17,638 nucleotides of DNA from Vulcanimicrobiota bacterium (GCA_003133025.1 PKZK01000004.1:6693-24330); one strand, 5' to 3'. Positions 7,196 through 15,931 are shown, counted from the first letter of the stretch. The notes: generated by a model from the sequence alone, not told the origin. A program made the numbers and translations.

Positions 7196-8217
7196 CGCGC
7201 GACGAGCAAACTCACCGCGAACCGTTCGCGTTCGTCCGTCCAGCGCCGGGCCACGGCGAAACCGGCTTCGGCTGCTACGGTCGCAACGTCGTCCTCGGAG
7301 AACTTGTACGACGACTCGGTGTGGATGCGTTCGCCGTCGGCGAAGGGCACGGTCAGTCCCAGACCCTCGATCTCCACGACCTGTGCGCGCTGCGCCACCA
7401 GAAACGACTGCACGACGCCGCGTTCCGCATCGTATTCCGCTACGTGTTCGAATTCGCGCAAGTCGAACGTGCCGCCCAACTCGCGATTGATCCGACCCAA
7501 GAGATTCTTATCGAATGCGGCCGTCACGCCGGTGGGGTCGTTGTAAGCGAGTTCGAGAACCGAGGGATCTTTTTTCAGATCCGTGCCGAGCAAGAGCGCA
7601 TCGCCCGGCGAGAACGCCCGTGCGACGGCGCGTAACAGTTCGCCCGCGTGTGCGGGATCGTAATTGCCGATGTTCGAGCCGAGAAAGAGCGTCAGCGTCC
7701 GGCGCTCGGTACGCACGCGACGCGCGGCCAGCACGTCGAAGTAATCGCTTGCATACGCGCACACGCGCAGTGCCGGAAAGGCACCCACGAGCGCGGTGGA
7801 TGCTGCGATCAGCGCGCTCGACGAGATGTCGACCGGATGATAGTCGAGCGATTCCTGACGGCGCAGCGCCGCTTCGATCAAGAGTCGCGTCTTGCGCCCG
7901 CTGCCGCTGCCGAGTTCCACGAGTTCGACCGGCTCGTCGAGTGCGGCGAGCATCTCGTCGGCATGCCGGTCGAGAATCTCGCTCTCGGCGCGGGTCAGGT
8001 AGTATTCCGGCAGGTCGCAGATGGCCTCGAAGAGCGCGGAGCCCAGTTGGTCATAAAAATACTTAGGCGGGAGGCGTTTCTGCGCGGCGCTCAGACCCAG
8101 CCGGACGTCATCGGCAAAGGTGACCGCCTGCAGCGGCGCGGGCGCGCTATAGAGGGAAAATCGCTCGGCGACCGGGGCTGCGCCGTTGTTTACAGGATCG
8201 TTCTTCGTAACGAGCAT
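7192..8217 (-). CDS. egtD: EgtD-like histidine N-alpha-methyltransferase (Methyltransf_33)
   Basis: KRLPPKYFYD..GS.LFE.IC.LPEYYLTRAE, SAM motif LVELGSGSGRKT, FLGSNIGN, AYNDPTGVTAAF and IHTESSYKF. GGAG lies 8 nt before the ATG. Confidence 0.9.
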   Translation of the reverse strand: MLVTKNDPVNNGAAPVAERFSLYSAPAPLQAVTFADDVRLGLSAAQKRLPPKYFYDQLGSALFEAICDLPEYYLTRAESEILDRHADEMLAALDEPVELVELGSGSGRKTRLLIEAALRRQESLDYHPVDISSSALIAASTALVGAFPALRVCAYASDYFDVLAARRVRTERRTLTLFLGSNIGNYDPAHAGELLRAVARAFSPGDALLLGTDLKKDPSVLELAYNDPTGVTAAFDKNLLGRINRELGGTFDLREFEHVAEYDAERGVVQSFLVAQRAQVVEIEGLGLTVPFADGERIHTESSYKFSEDDVATVAAEAGFAVARRWTDERERFAVSLLVAR

Positions 8218-8259
8218 CGCGATGTCTCCGAAGGGGGCCGGACCGCGCGGGGTTGCACC

Positions 8260-8268
8260 ATCCTACCA
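8260..8268 (-). promoter_or_regulatory. Possible extended -10 promoter for egtD
   Basis: TGG-TAGGAT (TGn-TAnnnT) overlapping the peptidase stop codon, about 40 nt upstream of the egtD ATG. Confidence 0.3.
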
Positions 8269-10254
8269 AGTAACGCCGAGCCGAGCACCGAGGAACGACC
8301 AGCGGTCGGTCAATTCCTCCAGTTGCTTCGCGCGCGGCTTGCCCACACCGTGCCCCGCATTGGGCTCCACATAAACCAAAACGGGCGCATCCGACGAGGT
8401 GGCCTCCTGGAGCCGGGCGCCGAATTTGCGGGCGTGCGCGGGGTCGACGCGCATATCCGACTCCGCAGTGACCACGTACGTCGCGGGATAGGCCGTGCCG
8501 TCGCGGACGTTGTGATAGGGCGAGTAGGCCCGCAGCCAACGGGCCGCTTCTTCGTCGTCGGGGTCGCCGTATTCGGCAATCCAGAGGCGTGCGATCAGAA
8601 ACTTGGGATACGCGAGCATGTCGGTCAGGGGCACCGCACAGATTACAGCTGCGAACAGCTCGGGGCGCTGGGTCTCGACGGCCGCTACCAAGAGGCCGCC
8701 GTTGCTTCCGCCGGTAATCGCGAGGCGCTTGGGATCGGCGATTCCCGACGTACCGAGATACTCGGCCGCTGCGATGAAGTCGTCGAAGACGTTTTGCTTG
8801 TTTCCGAGCATGCCGGCGCGATGCCAATCCTCACCGAATTCGCCGCCACCCCGCAGGTTGGCGATCGCATAGACGCCGCCGGCATCGAGCCAGGGCACCA
8901 GTGACGGCGTGAACGAAGGCGTCATGCTCACGTTGAAGCCGCCGTAGCCGTGCAACACGGCGGGCGCGCTGCCGTCGAACGGCGTGTCGACGTGCGAGAC
9001 GACGAACATCGGCACGCGGGTGCCGTCCTTCGAGGCAAACCAGCGCTGCTCGACGGCGTACCGCGTCTGATCGATCGGCGAAGCGATCTCGGCGAACACT
9101 TCCGCATCGACGGAATCGCCTTCGAAGCGCAGCCGCGTGATGCGCGGCGGCTGCAAGTACGAGACGGTCATCACGAACACATCGGACGAAGCTTGTCGCG
9201 CGGAGAGTCCGAACAGGCTAAACGGACCGTTCACGCCGAGTTCGCTGCCGCCGGGCCGCAGCCGCGTGCCGTCGTCGAGCAGATACTCGAGCACCGAGGA
9301 TGCGTCGCGCAAATAGCCGAGCACGAGGCCGCCGCGCGCGACCGCAACGTCTTCCAACGTCGCGCGTTCGTCTTCCGCAATGAGTTCGCGCGCCACCTCG
9401 AGCGACGGCGTCGACGCGGGCACGATTAGCACGCGATAGCGCGGCGCACCTTCGTTGGTGTGCACGATCAAATCGTCGCCGCGGAAACCGACGGAGAAGA
9501 GCGCGTCGCGTCCTTCGGCGAGCGCCGCAAAGCGATACGGCTCCGGCGCGCGGAGATCGGCGACGTATACGTCGTTGGCCGACCAGCCCAGGCTCACGGT
9601 CACCACGAGCCATCTGCCGTCGGGCGAGAGCGAGGCCGAGAGCGACTCCTCCGGCGCGCGGCCTTCGCCGAAGATCTGCGGATCGTCGCGCCAATCGGCG
9701 CCGAGCGCGTGCACGTAGAGCCGCGGCGAATACATCTCGCCCGCCGGATAGCGCGTATAGAAGAAGCCGCGTTCGTCGGGCAGCCAGGAGACCGAACTGT
9801 AGCGCGTGTCGGGAATCGTCTCGCCGAAGGTCGCACCGCGCGCCGTGTCGAGCAGGTGCAGCGTGCTGCGCTCGTCGCCGTTGCGCGAGATGCCGAAAGC
9901 GACGTAGGTGCCGTTGGGACTGGGATACCACCAGTCGAGCGCGGTGAGGCCGCTGGGGTCGAGGGCCGCCGGATCGAGCAGCGTGCGGTCGACGCCGTCT
10001 TCGCTGACGCGCAAGACCGCTTGGTTCTGACGCCCGTCGCGCGCCGTATAGAAATAACGGCCGCCGCGCTCGACGGGCACGCCCCGCGAACCGATGGCCA
10101 ACAACGCATCGAAACGCTCGTGCAGCGCTTGCCGGCCGGGCAGCGCCTCGAGGAAGGCCCGGCTTTTCGCGTTCTCGCGATCGGTCCAGGCGCGGGTTTG
10201 CGGGTCGGCGCCGTCTTCGAGATAGCCGAATGGGTCGGCCGAGATCGTTTCCAT
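8263..10254 (-). CDS. Prolyl oligopeptidase (S9A family), 663 aa
   Basis: Start METISADPFGYLE at 10254. Beta-propeller region followed by SKDGTRVPMF, GYGGF, NLRGGGEFG, catalytic Ser GGSNGG, Asp ESDMRV and His AGHG. No signal peptide. Confidence 0.95.
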   Translation of the reverse strand: METISADPFGYLEDGADPQTRAWTDRENAKSRAFLEALPGRQALHERFDALLAIGSRGVPVERGGRYFYTARDGRQNQAVLRVSEDGVDRTLLDPAALDPSGLTALDWWYPSPNGTYVAFGISRNGDERSTLHLLDTARGATFGETIPDTRYSSVSWLPDERGFFYTRYPAGEMYSPRLYVHALGADWRDDPQIFGEGRAPEESLSASLSPDGRWLVVTVSLGWSANDVYVADLRAPEPYRFAALAEGRDALFSVGFRGDDLIVHTNEGAPRYRVLIVPASTPSLEVARELIAEDERATLEDVAVARGGLVLGYLRDASSVLEYLLDDGTRLRPGGSELGVNGPFSLFGLSARQASSDVFVMTVSYLQPPRITRLRFEGDSVDAEVFAEIASPIDQTRYAVEQRWFASKDGTRVPMFVVSHVDTPFDGSAPAVLHGYGGFNVSMTPSFTPSLVPWLDAGGVYAIANLRGGGEFGEDWHRAGMLGNKQNVFDDFIAAAEYLGTSGIADPKRLAITGGSNGGLLVAAVETQRPELFAAVICAVPLTDMLAYPKFLIARLWIAEYGDPDDEEAARWLRAYSPYHNVRDGTAYPATYVVTAESDMRVDPAHARKFGARLQEATSSDAPVLVYVEPNAGHGVGKPRAKQLEELTDRWSFLGARLGVTW

Positions 10255-10265
10255 TGCGCGCAGTT

Positions 10266-10988
10266 TTATTGAATCCACGCGCCTGCACCCGTTGCGTCGC
10301 GCACGATCCGTCCCCAACGGTCGTAGACCAGCGCGATGTACTCCTTGGTCTCCGGATACGGCGGCACGCCGCCGTAGTGCTCGACCGCGCCCGGACCGGC
10401 ATTGTAGGCGGCTAGCGTGGTGGCGTACGGGTCGGGGTAGACGCCCTGGTAGGCGCGTACGTAGTCGCCGAGAAGCCGGGCGGAGCCGCGCATGGCATCG
10501 AGCGGGTCGAACGGGTCGACCCCGTAGTCGCTCGCCGTGTCGAGGGTGAACTGCGCGATTCCCACGGCCCCGGCGGCCGAGAGCGCCCGCGGCTCGAAGG
10601 CCGACTCCTGGAGCAAGGTCGCGGCGAAGAAACCGTAGTCCAGACCCTGGCCCTGCGCCAGGTGGACGGAAGCGCTCGCGAGTTGGAGCGCCTCGAGGGG
10701 GTCCAGGTAGGGGTTGCTGCGCAGGATCGACCGCGTGACGGCCAGTGCGGGCTTGGCCGGGACCGGCGCGTCGTACAAAAGTCGCATTCGGCGGAGCGAC
10801 TGCACGGCCAGCGGCAGGTGCCAGCTCAGCGCCGCGGCCTCGAGCACGTCGGTCCGCACGACCGGCATCTTCACCCGATGAGGGTGGAGGGCGCGTGGAC
10901 GGCTCCGGTCGGGGTACAAGCCATGATGGGATGGTCCGGCACATGCCGATAATGAGACCAGCAGGCAGACGAGCACCGCCCGGGGCAG
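10266..10988 (-). CDS. Lytic transglycosylase (SLT domain) lipoprotein
   Basis: SLT motifs QESAF (catalytic Glu), GAVGIAQF, LAAYNAGPG and PPYPETKEY; lipobox LSAC. Start placed at CTG 10988 (GGAGG 7 nt upstream); the alternative is GTG 10976. Confidence 0.88.
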   Translation of the reverse strand: MPRAVLVCLLVSLSACAGPSHHGLYPDRSRPRALHPHRVKMPVVRTDVLEAAALSWHLPLAVQSLRRMRLLYDAPVPAKPALAVTRSILRSNPYLDPLEALQLASASVHLAQGQGLDYGFFAATLLQESAFEPRALSAAGAVGIAQFTLDTASDYGVDPFDPLDAMRGSARLLGDYVRAYQGVYPDPYATTLAAYNAGPGAVEHYGGVPPYPETKEYIALVYDRWGRIVRDATGAGAWIQ

Positions 10989-11075
10989 GTGACTCCCTCC
11001 GCATAGCCCAAAAATGAGTCGGTTCGTGTCTCCGTTGACCGGCGAGAGGTGTGAAACTCCAGTGAGGGGTTCGGC

Positions 11076-11636
11076 ATGGTGATGTTCTTCGTGGCTCTGG
11101 GCGTCGTCATCGTGGTTGGCGACCTGGCCTCGACGTTTCTGTATCACGTTCCGCAACATATCTGGGGCAAGCTCCACCTGCGAACGCATCACGACCGTTC
11201 GCGGTCGTATTGGGATCACGCCGTGCTCTCTCGCGATCCCGCGATCATGCTCGACGGATTTCTCGGCGCGCTGCCCTACATCGTTCTGGCCGGCGCGCTC
11301 TGCACGCTCGGCCCGTGGTCCGCAGCCGGAGCGCTGACGGGCCTGCTGCTGGGTCAGATGCACGTCTGGTGGCGCCACACCTGCGAGATCGGCTGGAAGA
11401 GCCCCGCGTGGCTGGTCCGCTTCGCCAAGGTCACGCAGATCGTGCTGCCCGAGGACCACAACGAGCACCACAAGGATCCCGACGTCGAGTTCGGCGATTT
11501 GTTCCGCTTCTACGACGCGCCGGCTAGGGCGCTGCTCAACTCGGTTCGCGCTTTCCGCCGCCGCCGTCGCACCGCCCTCAAACGACTGGAGCGCATTCGC
11601 GCCCTGCGGATGATGCGCGGGACGCAACGCGCGTAA
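11076..11636 (+). CDS. Fatty acid hydroxylase / sterol desaturase superfamily membrane di-metal enzyme
   Basis: His boxes YHVPQH, HLRTHH, HVWWRH and HNEHH with intervening hydrophobic helices; GAGGGG SD 6 nt before the ATG. Confidence 0.82.
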   Translation: MVMFFVALGVVIVVGDLASTFLYHVPQHIWGKLHLRTHHDRSRSYWDHAVLSRDPAIMLDGFLGALPYIVLAGALCTLGPWSAAGALTGLLLGQMHVWWRHTCEIGWKSPAWLVRFAKVTQIVLPEDHNEHHKDPDVEFGDLFRFYDAPARALLNSVRAFRRRRRTALKRLERIRALRMMRGTQRA

Positions 11637-11659
11637 CCGGACGCGGTAGCAGAGGCTTG

Positions 11660-12856
11660 ATGACCAAACGCATCCTGTTGCTCATCTCGGACACCGGAGG
11701 CGGGCACCGTAGCGCGGCCAATGCCATCGCCGCCGCCCTGGACGAGGTGGAACTGGGGCCGCACGGCGAGCCGTTGCATCTCACCCACCGTATCGAGGAC
11801 GTCGCAGCCCACTGCACGTTCCCGCTCTCGCAACTGGGTCCGGCTTATAGCGCGGCCCTGCGTTTCGCTCCGCCGCTCTACGGCGCGCTCTTCCACGCCA
11901 CCAACGGTAAGCGCCGCTTCCGCAGCGTCGTCCGCTTCTGCGAGCCGCTCTATCGCGAACGCCTCAAGAGCCTCTTCCTCGAGTACCGCCCCGACGTGAT
12001 CGTCTCGGTGCACCCGCTGCTCAACCACGCCGCGCTGCGCGCCCGCGCCGACGCCGGCCTGATGCACGTGCCGGTGCTGACCGTGATCACCGACCTCGGC
12101 CGCGTGCACGAAGGCTGGCTCGTACCCGAAGTCGACGCGGTGGTCGTCCCCGCCCGCGAAGTGTACGAACGCGCCCGCGAACGCGGCATTCCCTCATCGC
12201 GAATTTTCCAGCTCGGCCATCCGGTGCATCCGAAGTTCGAAGATGTCTCCGAGACCAAGGCCGAACTGCGCAAGCAGCTCGGCCTTCCCACGAACGCGAC
12301 GATCGCGCTGCTGATGGCCGGCGGAGAAGGCGGCGGCAAACTGCTGCCCACCACGCTCGCGCTGGCCCGCTCGAACCTCCCGCTGCACCTCGTGGTGGTC
12401 ACCGGCCGCAACGCCGCGCTGCGCCAAAAGTTCGAAGAACTCGCACCGACGCTGCCCCTGCCGATGACGATCCTCGGCTACTGCAACAACGTGCCCGAAC
12501 TCATGCGCGCCGCCGACCTGCTCGTCACCAAAGCCGGTCCCGGCGCGATCGCAGAAGCCAGCGTGGCCGAAGTGCCGGTCGTGGTCTACGACTTCATCCC
12601 CGGCCAAGAACGCGGCAACCTCGACTACGTTCGCACCAACGGGATCGGCGTCGTCGCACTCAACGCCAGCGACGTGGTGCACTCGGTCCGCCGCATCGTC
12701 TCCAGTCAGGAACGGCTACACACGATGCGCGCACATCAATCGACCGTGGCACCCCGTGGCTCTTCGCGGCGGATTGCGGAGCTGATCGGCTCCATCGCAT
12801 GCGGTGTGCTGGGCGATGCTCCGCCGCCGCCCGTTGTGAAGGCCGCCGCACTCTAA
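11660..12856 (+). CDS. GT28 monogalactosyldiacylglycerol synthase-type glycosyltransferase (plant MGD1-like)
   Basis: SDTGGGHR, PDVIVSVHPLLNH, TVITDL, LLMAGGEGGG, GRN, TKAGPGAIAEA and DFIPGQERGN. Start is ATG 11660 (or TTG 11657), about 20 nt after the hydroxylase stop. Confidence 0.88.
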   Translation: MTKRILLLISDTGGGHRSAANAIAAALDEVELGPHGEPLHLTHRIEDVAAHCTFPLSQLGPAYSAALRFAPPLYGALFHATNGKRRFRSVVRFCEPLYRERLKSLFLEYRPDVIVSVHPLLNHAALRARADAGLMHVPVLTVITDLGRVHEGWLVPEVDAVVVPAREVYERARERGIPSSRIFQLGHPVHPKFEDVSETKAELRKQLGLPTNATIALLMAGGEGGGKLLPTTLALARSNLPLHLVVVTGRNAALRQKFEELAPTLPLPMTILGYCNNVPELMRAADLLVTKAGPGAIAEASVAEVPVVVYDFIPGQERGNLDYVRTNGIGVVALNASDVVHSVRRIVSSQERLHTMRAHQSTVAPRGSSRRIAELIGSIACGVLGDAPPPPVVKAAAL

Positions 12857-12869
12857 GGGCTCTTGCACC

Positions 12870-12907
12870 GTCGCGTCTGCCGCTGCGGGCCGCCGACAAA
12901 CAGCGAC
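12870..12907 (-). terminator. GC-rich hairpin between convergent genes
   Basis: On the minus strand GTCGC-T-GTTTGTCG pairs with CGGCAGAC-GCGAC (13 bp, G-U pairs, one bulge), 5 nt after the SDR stop. There is no U-tract. Confidence 0.35.
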
Positions 12908-12912
12908 CGCCG

Positions 12913-13710
12913 CTATGTGCGGTCGAGTATCTTGCGTCCGGCCGCCAAGACGAGGCCGCGCGGGATAACGCGGGGCAAGAACGCGCCGACGCGATTGACG
13001 GCGCCGGGGATCTCCAAGCGTTTGCCGGCCATCATCGCTGCGTAGCCGGCTGCGGCGACGCTGACGGCGTCGGGCATCTTGCGGCCCTTCACGAGCGCCG
13101 ATTCTTCCATGCGCGCGCGTTCTTGGAAGTTGGATTCCGTCGCGCCGGGGCAGAAGCACGTTACGGTTACGCCCGTGCCTCGCACTTCGTTCGAGATCGC
13201 TTCGCTGAACGACAGCACGTAGGCTTTGGTCGCGCAGTATACCGCCATCATCGGGCCGGGCTGAAACGCCGCGGTCGACGCGACGTTGCAGATTTTGCCG
13301 CTGCCGCGGGCGATCATCTGCTGCAAAAAGAGCTTGGTGAGTTGCGTGAGGGTGAGGATATTGAGATTGATCTCTTCGGTCTCGTCGGCGAGCGATGTTT
13401 CGGCGAACTTGCCGTAGGTCGCGAAACCGGCGTTGTTGATCAGGGCTTCGACTTCGAGGCCGCGGGCGTTGACTTCGTCGAAGAGTTTTTGCGCTGCGTC
13501 GGGCACGCCGAGGTCGAGTGCGATGACCGGCGCGTCGATCGTGTGGTCGGCCTTGAACGCGTCGGCGACGGCGCGCAGGCGTTGCTCGTTGCGGGCGACC
13601 AGAATCGGTATCCAGCCGTCGGCGGCGAAGAGCGCTGCGAAGGCGCGGCCGATGCCGGTCGAGGCTCCGGTAACCAGCGCGTAGCGCTTGGGCGCAACCT
13701 CGCCGTTCAC
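12913..13710 (-). CDS. Short-chain dehydrogenase/reductase (265 aa)
   Basis: TGASTGIG, NNAG, catalytic S...YCATK and CPG.T. GTG start at 13710 overlaps the ROK stop (GTGA). Confidence 0.93.
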   Translation of the reverse strand: MNGEVAPKRYALVTGASTGIGRAFAALFAADGWIPILVARNEQRLRAVADAFKADHTIDAPVIALDLGVPDAAQKLFDEVNARGLEVEALINNAGFATYGKFAETSLADETEEINLNILTLTQLTKLFLQQMIARGSGKICNVASTAAFQPGPMMAVYCATKAYVLSFSEAISNEVRGTGVTVTCFCPGATESNFQERARMEESALVKGRKMPDAVSVAAAGYAAMMAGKRLEIPGAVNRVGAFLPRVIPRGLVLAAGRKILDRT

Positions 13711-14669
13711 GTGCGCACCGCCGCGATCAGGCCGCCGCGCCGGGCCATTTCGGCGGCGCCGATTGCGCCCGCATCGTTGCCGAGTTCGGCGATCTCGATG
13801 CGCGTGGAGCCGCGCGGGGCCATGGTCGTCAAGATGTCCACCTTCGGACGCAGCGGCGTCAGCAAGAAATCGCCCGCCGACGAAACGCCGCCGCCGAGCG
13901 CGATGATTTCGGGATTCACGAATGCGATGACGTTGGCCAAGCCGCGCGCGAGGTCGTCGACGAACCGCTCCCATGCCGCGAGCGCATGCGGGTCGCCGGC
14001 CTGCGCGGCTTTGCGGATCGATTTCGAGCCGCGCTTCTGCACGTTCGAAGGCACCAGCGTGCTGCGCGGGAACGACGGCGCCAGCGCCAGCGCTTGGCGA
14101 ATGAGTCCGGTGCCCGAGGCTTGCGCTTCGAAGCAGCCGGTCTTGCCGCAGTTACACTGGAAACCGTCGGTCGCGCGGATTTGATGGTGGCCGACTTCAC
14201 CGGCGCCCGCGCCGTGACCGATGGCGAGCACGCCGCTCGACACGATGCCGCCGCCGATGCCCGTGCCGAGCGTCAGCAACACAAAGTCGGTGCTGCCTGC
14301 GCCGATGCCGAAACGATGCTCGCCGATAGTTGCGCAGCGCGCGTCGTTGGCCACGTGCACGTGCAGGCCGATCCGTTTCCCGAGCGCCGCCCCGAGCGGC
14401 TTGTCGGCCCAGTGCAGATTCGGCGAATAGGCGATCGTGCCGGTGCTCAACTCGACGTTTCCCGGCGCGCCTACGCCGACCGCGGCGATATCCGATTTCT
14501 TCACCTGTGCCAAGACTTGATCGGTGACCGTGCCGATCGCCTCGACGACCGCTTCGAAGCTTTGATCTTCGAGATCCAGCTCGGCGCGAAGCGTTATCTT
14601 CCCGGCATCGTCGACCACTGCGGCCATGACGTGCGAGCCGCCCAGGTCGATTCCGATGGCATCAGGCAT
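13707..14669 (-). CDS. ROK-family sugar kinase (glucokinase-like)
   Basis: GIDLGG, NDA, GTGIGGG, EVGH and Zn motif CNCGKTGCFE. There is no N-terminal HTH, so it is a kinase rather than a repressor. Confidence 0.92.
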   Translation of the reverse strand: MPDAIGIDLGGSHVMAAVVDDAGKITLRAELDLEDQSFEAVVEAIGTVTDQVLAQVKKSDIAAVGVGAPGNVELSTGTIAYSPNLHWADKPLGAALGKRIGLHVHVANDARCATIGEHRFGIGAGSTDFVLLTLGTGIGGGIVSSGVLAIGHGAGAGEVGHHQIRATDGFQCNCGKTGCFEAQASGTGLIRQALALAPSFPRSTLVPSNVQKRGSKSIRKAAQAGDPHALAAWERFVDDLARGLANVIAFVNPEIIALGGGVSSAGDFLLTPLRPKVDILTTMAPRGSTRIEIAELGNDAGAIGAAEMARRGGLIAAVRT

Positions 14670-14749
14670 GCGGTGCGGCTTCTGCCTCCGTCGGCCTCAA
14701 CCTCGCGCGGCGGCGGGAGCGCCCGCTCCGGAACGGAAGAAGCGCTCGC

Positions 14750-15928
14750 ATGCCGCTCACGCTCGACGTCCCGCAACGCCTGCTCGACGAGGTCGTGGCG
14801 ATCCGCCGCGACCTGCACGAACATCCCGAACTCGGTTTCGAGGAGACGCGCACGGCCGCGATCGTCGCCGAGCGCCTGCGCCGTTTGGGCTACGACGTAC
14901 ACGAGGGCATCGCCGTTACCGGCGTGGTCGGCGTGCTCGAGGGCGGCAAACCGGGCAAAACGATCATGCTGCGCGCCGACATGGACGCGCTGCCGTTACC
15001 CGAGGAAAACGAGGTCGCCTATAAGTCGCGGATCACGGGCAAGATGCACGCGTGCGGTCACGACGGGCACGTCGCCATGCTGCTCGGCGCGGCCGAACTG
15101 CTCGCCGCGCGCGCGGCCGACGTCTCGGGCACGCTCGTCCTCTGCTTTCAGCCCGCCGAAGAAGGCCGCGGCGGCGCGCAAGCGATGGTCGAGGAGGGCA
15201 TGCTCGAGCGTTTCGGCGTAGAGCGCGCCTACGGACTCCACCTCTTCTCGCTGATGCCGACGGGATTACTCGGTTTTCGCGAAGGTCCATTTTACGCGTC
15301 GAGCGATTCGATCGAGATCACGATTCAAGGCTTCGGCGGTCACGGCGCGGCGCCGCATCTCTCCGTCGATCCGGTGCTGGTGGCGGCCGAATTCGTCGCC
15401 TCGGTGCAGAAGGTGGTGAGCAGGCAGATCGATCCGCTCGAGCCGGCGGTCGTTACGATCGGCGCGATCCACGCGGGCACCACGCACAACGTGATTCCCA
15501 GCGTCGCAACGCTGCTCGGCACGGTCCGCGCCTTCAACGGCGAGGTGCGTTCGAAGATGGCCGAGCGCATCGAGCGCGTGCTGCGCGGCGTCTGCGAAGC
15601 GGCCGGCGCCTCGTACACCTTCGACTATCTGTGGCGCTACCCGGTCACCAGCAACGATGCCGAACAGACGGCGTACGTGCGCGCGCTGGCCGAGGCCGAG
15701 TTCGGCGACGATCGCGTCTTGATGTCGGAAAAGCACATGGGTGCCGAAGACTTCTCGTTCTTCGCCGAAAAGGTGCCGGCCACGTACTTCGTGCTGGGCT
15801 GCATGGGCGACCCCGACAGCGCTTTTCCGCACCACCACGGCCGCTTCAACATCGACGAACGCGCGCTCGAAACCGGCGTGCGCATCATGACCGCCCTCGG
15901 GCTCGACGCGGGCGCGCACGCGCCGTAG
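14750..15928 (+). CDS. M20D amidohydrolase (AbgB/hippurate hydrolase/IAA-amino acid hydrolase-like)
   Basis: HEHPELGFEE, LRADMDALP, MHACGHDGH, FQPAEEG, GGHGAAPH, AEDF and PHH. Confidence 0.94.
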   Translation: MPLTLDVPQRLLDEVVAIRRDLHEHPELGFEETRTAAIVAERLRRLGYDVHEGIAVTGVVGVLEGGKPGKTIMLRADMDALPLPEENEVAYKSRITGKMHACGHDGHVAMLLGAAELLAARAADVSGTLVLCFQPAEEGRGGAQAMVEEGMLERFGVERAYGLHLFSLMPTGLLGFREGPFYASSDSIEITIQGFGGHGAAPHLSVDPVLVAAEFVASVQKVVSRQIDPLEPAVVTIGAIHAGTTHNVIPSVATLLGTVRAFNGEVRSKMAERIERVLRGVCEAAGASYTFDYLWRYPVTSNDAEQTAYVRALAEAEFGDDRVLMSEKHMGAEDFSFFAEKVPATYFVLGCMGDPDSAFPHHHGRFNIDERALETGVRIMTALGLDAGAHAP

Positions 15929-15931
15929 GTT

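Noticed and set aside
8263..11004. 913-aa ORF suggesting a prolyl oligopeptidase with a 250-aa N-terminal extension
   Set aside because: The extension is Arg/Pro/Gly-rich off-frame translation over the transglycosylase gene. The S9A sequence begins at ATG 10254.
10266..11627. 453-aa version of the transglycosylase
   Set aside because: The upstream part is antisense to the His-box hydroxylase gene. The lipoprotein signal and SD near 10988 define the real start.
11076..13710. Split MgdE epimerase (hydroxylase-like domain + nearby SDR)
   Set aside because: The SDR is convergent and coupled to the ROK kinase, the hydroxylase does not resemble my recollection of the MgdE N-domain, and an MGD1-type synthase would not need an epimerase.
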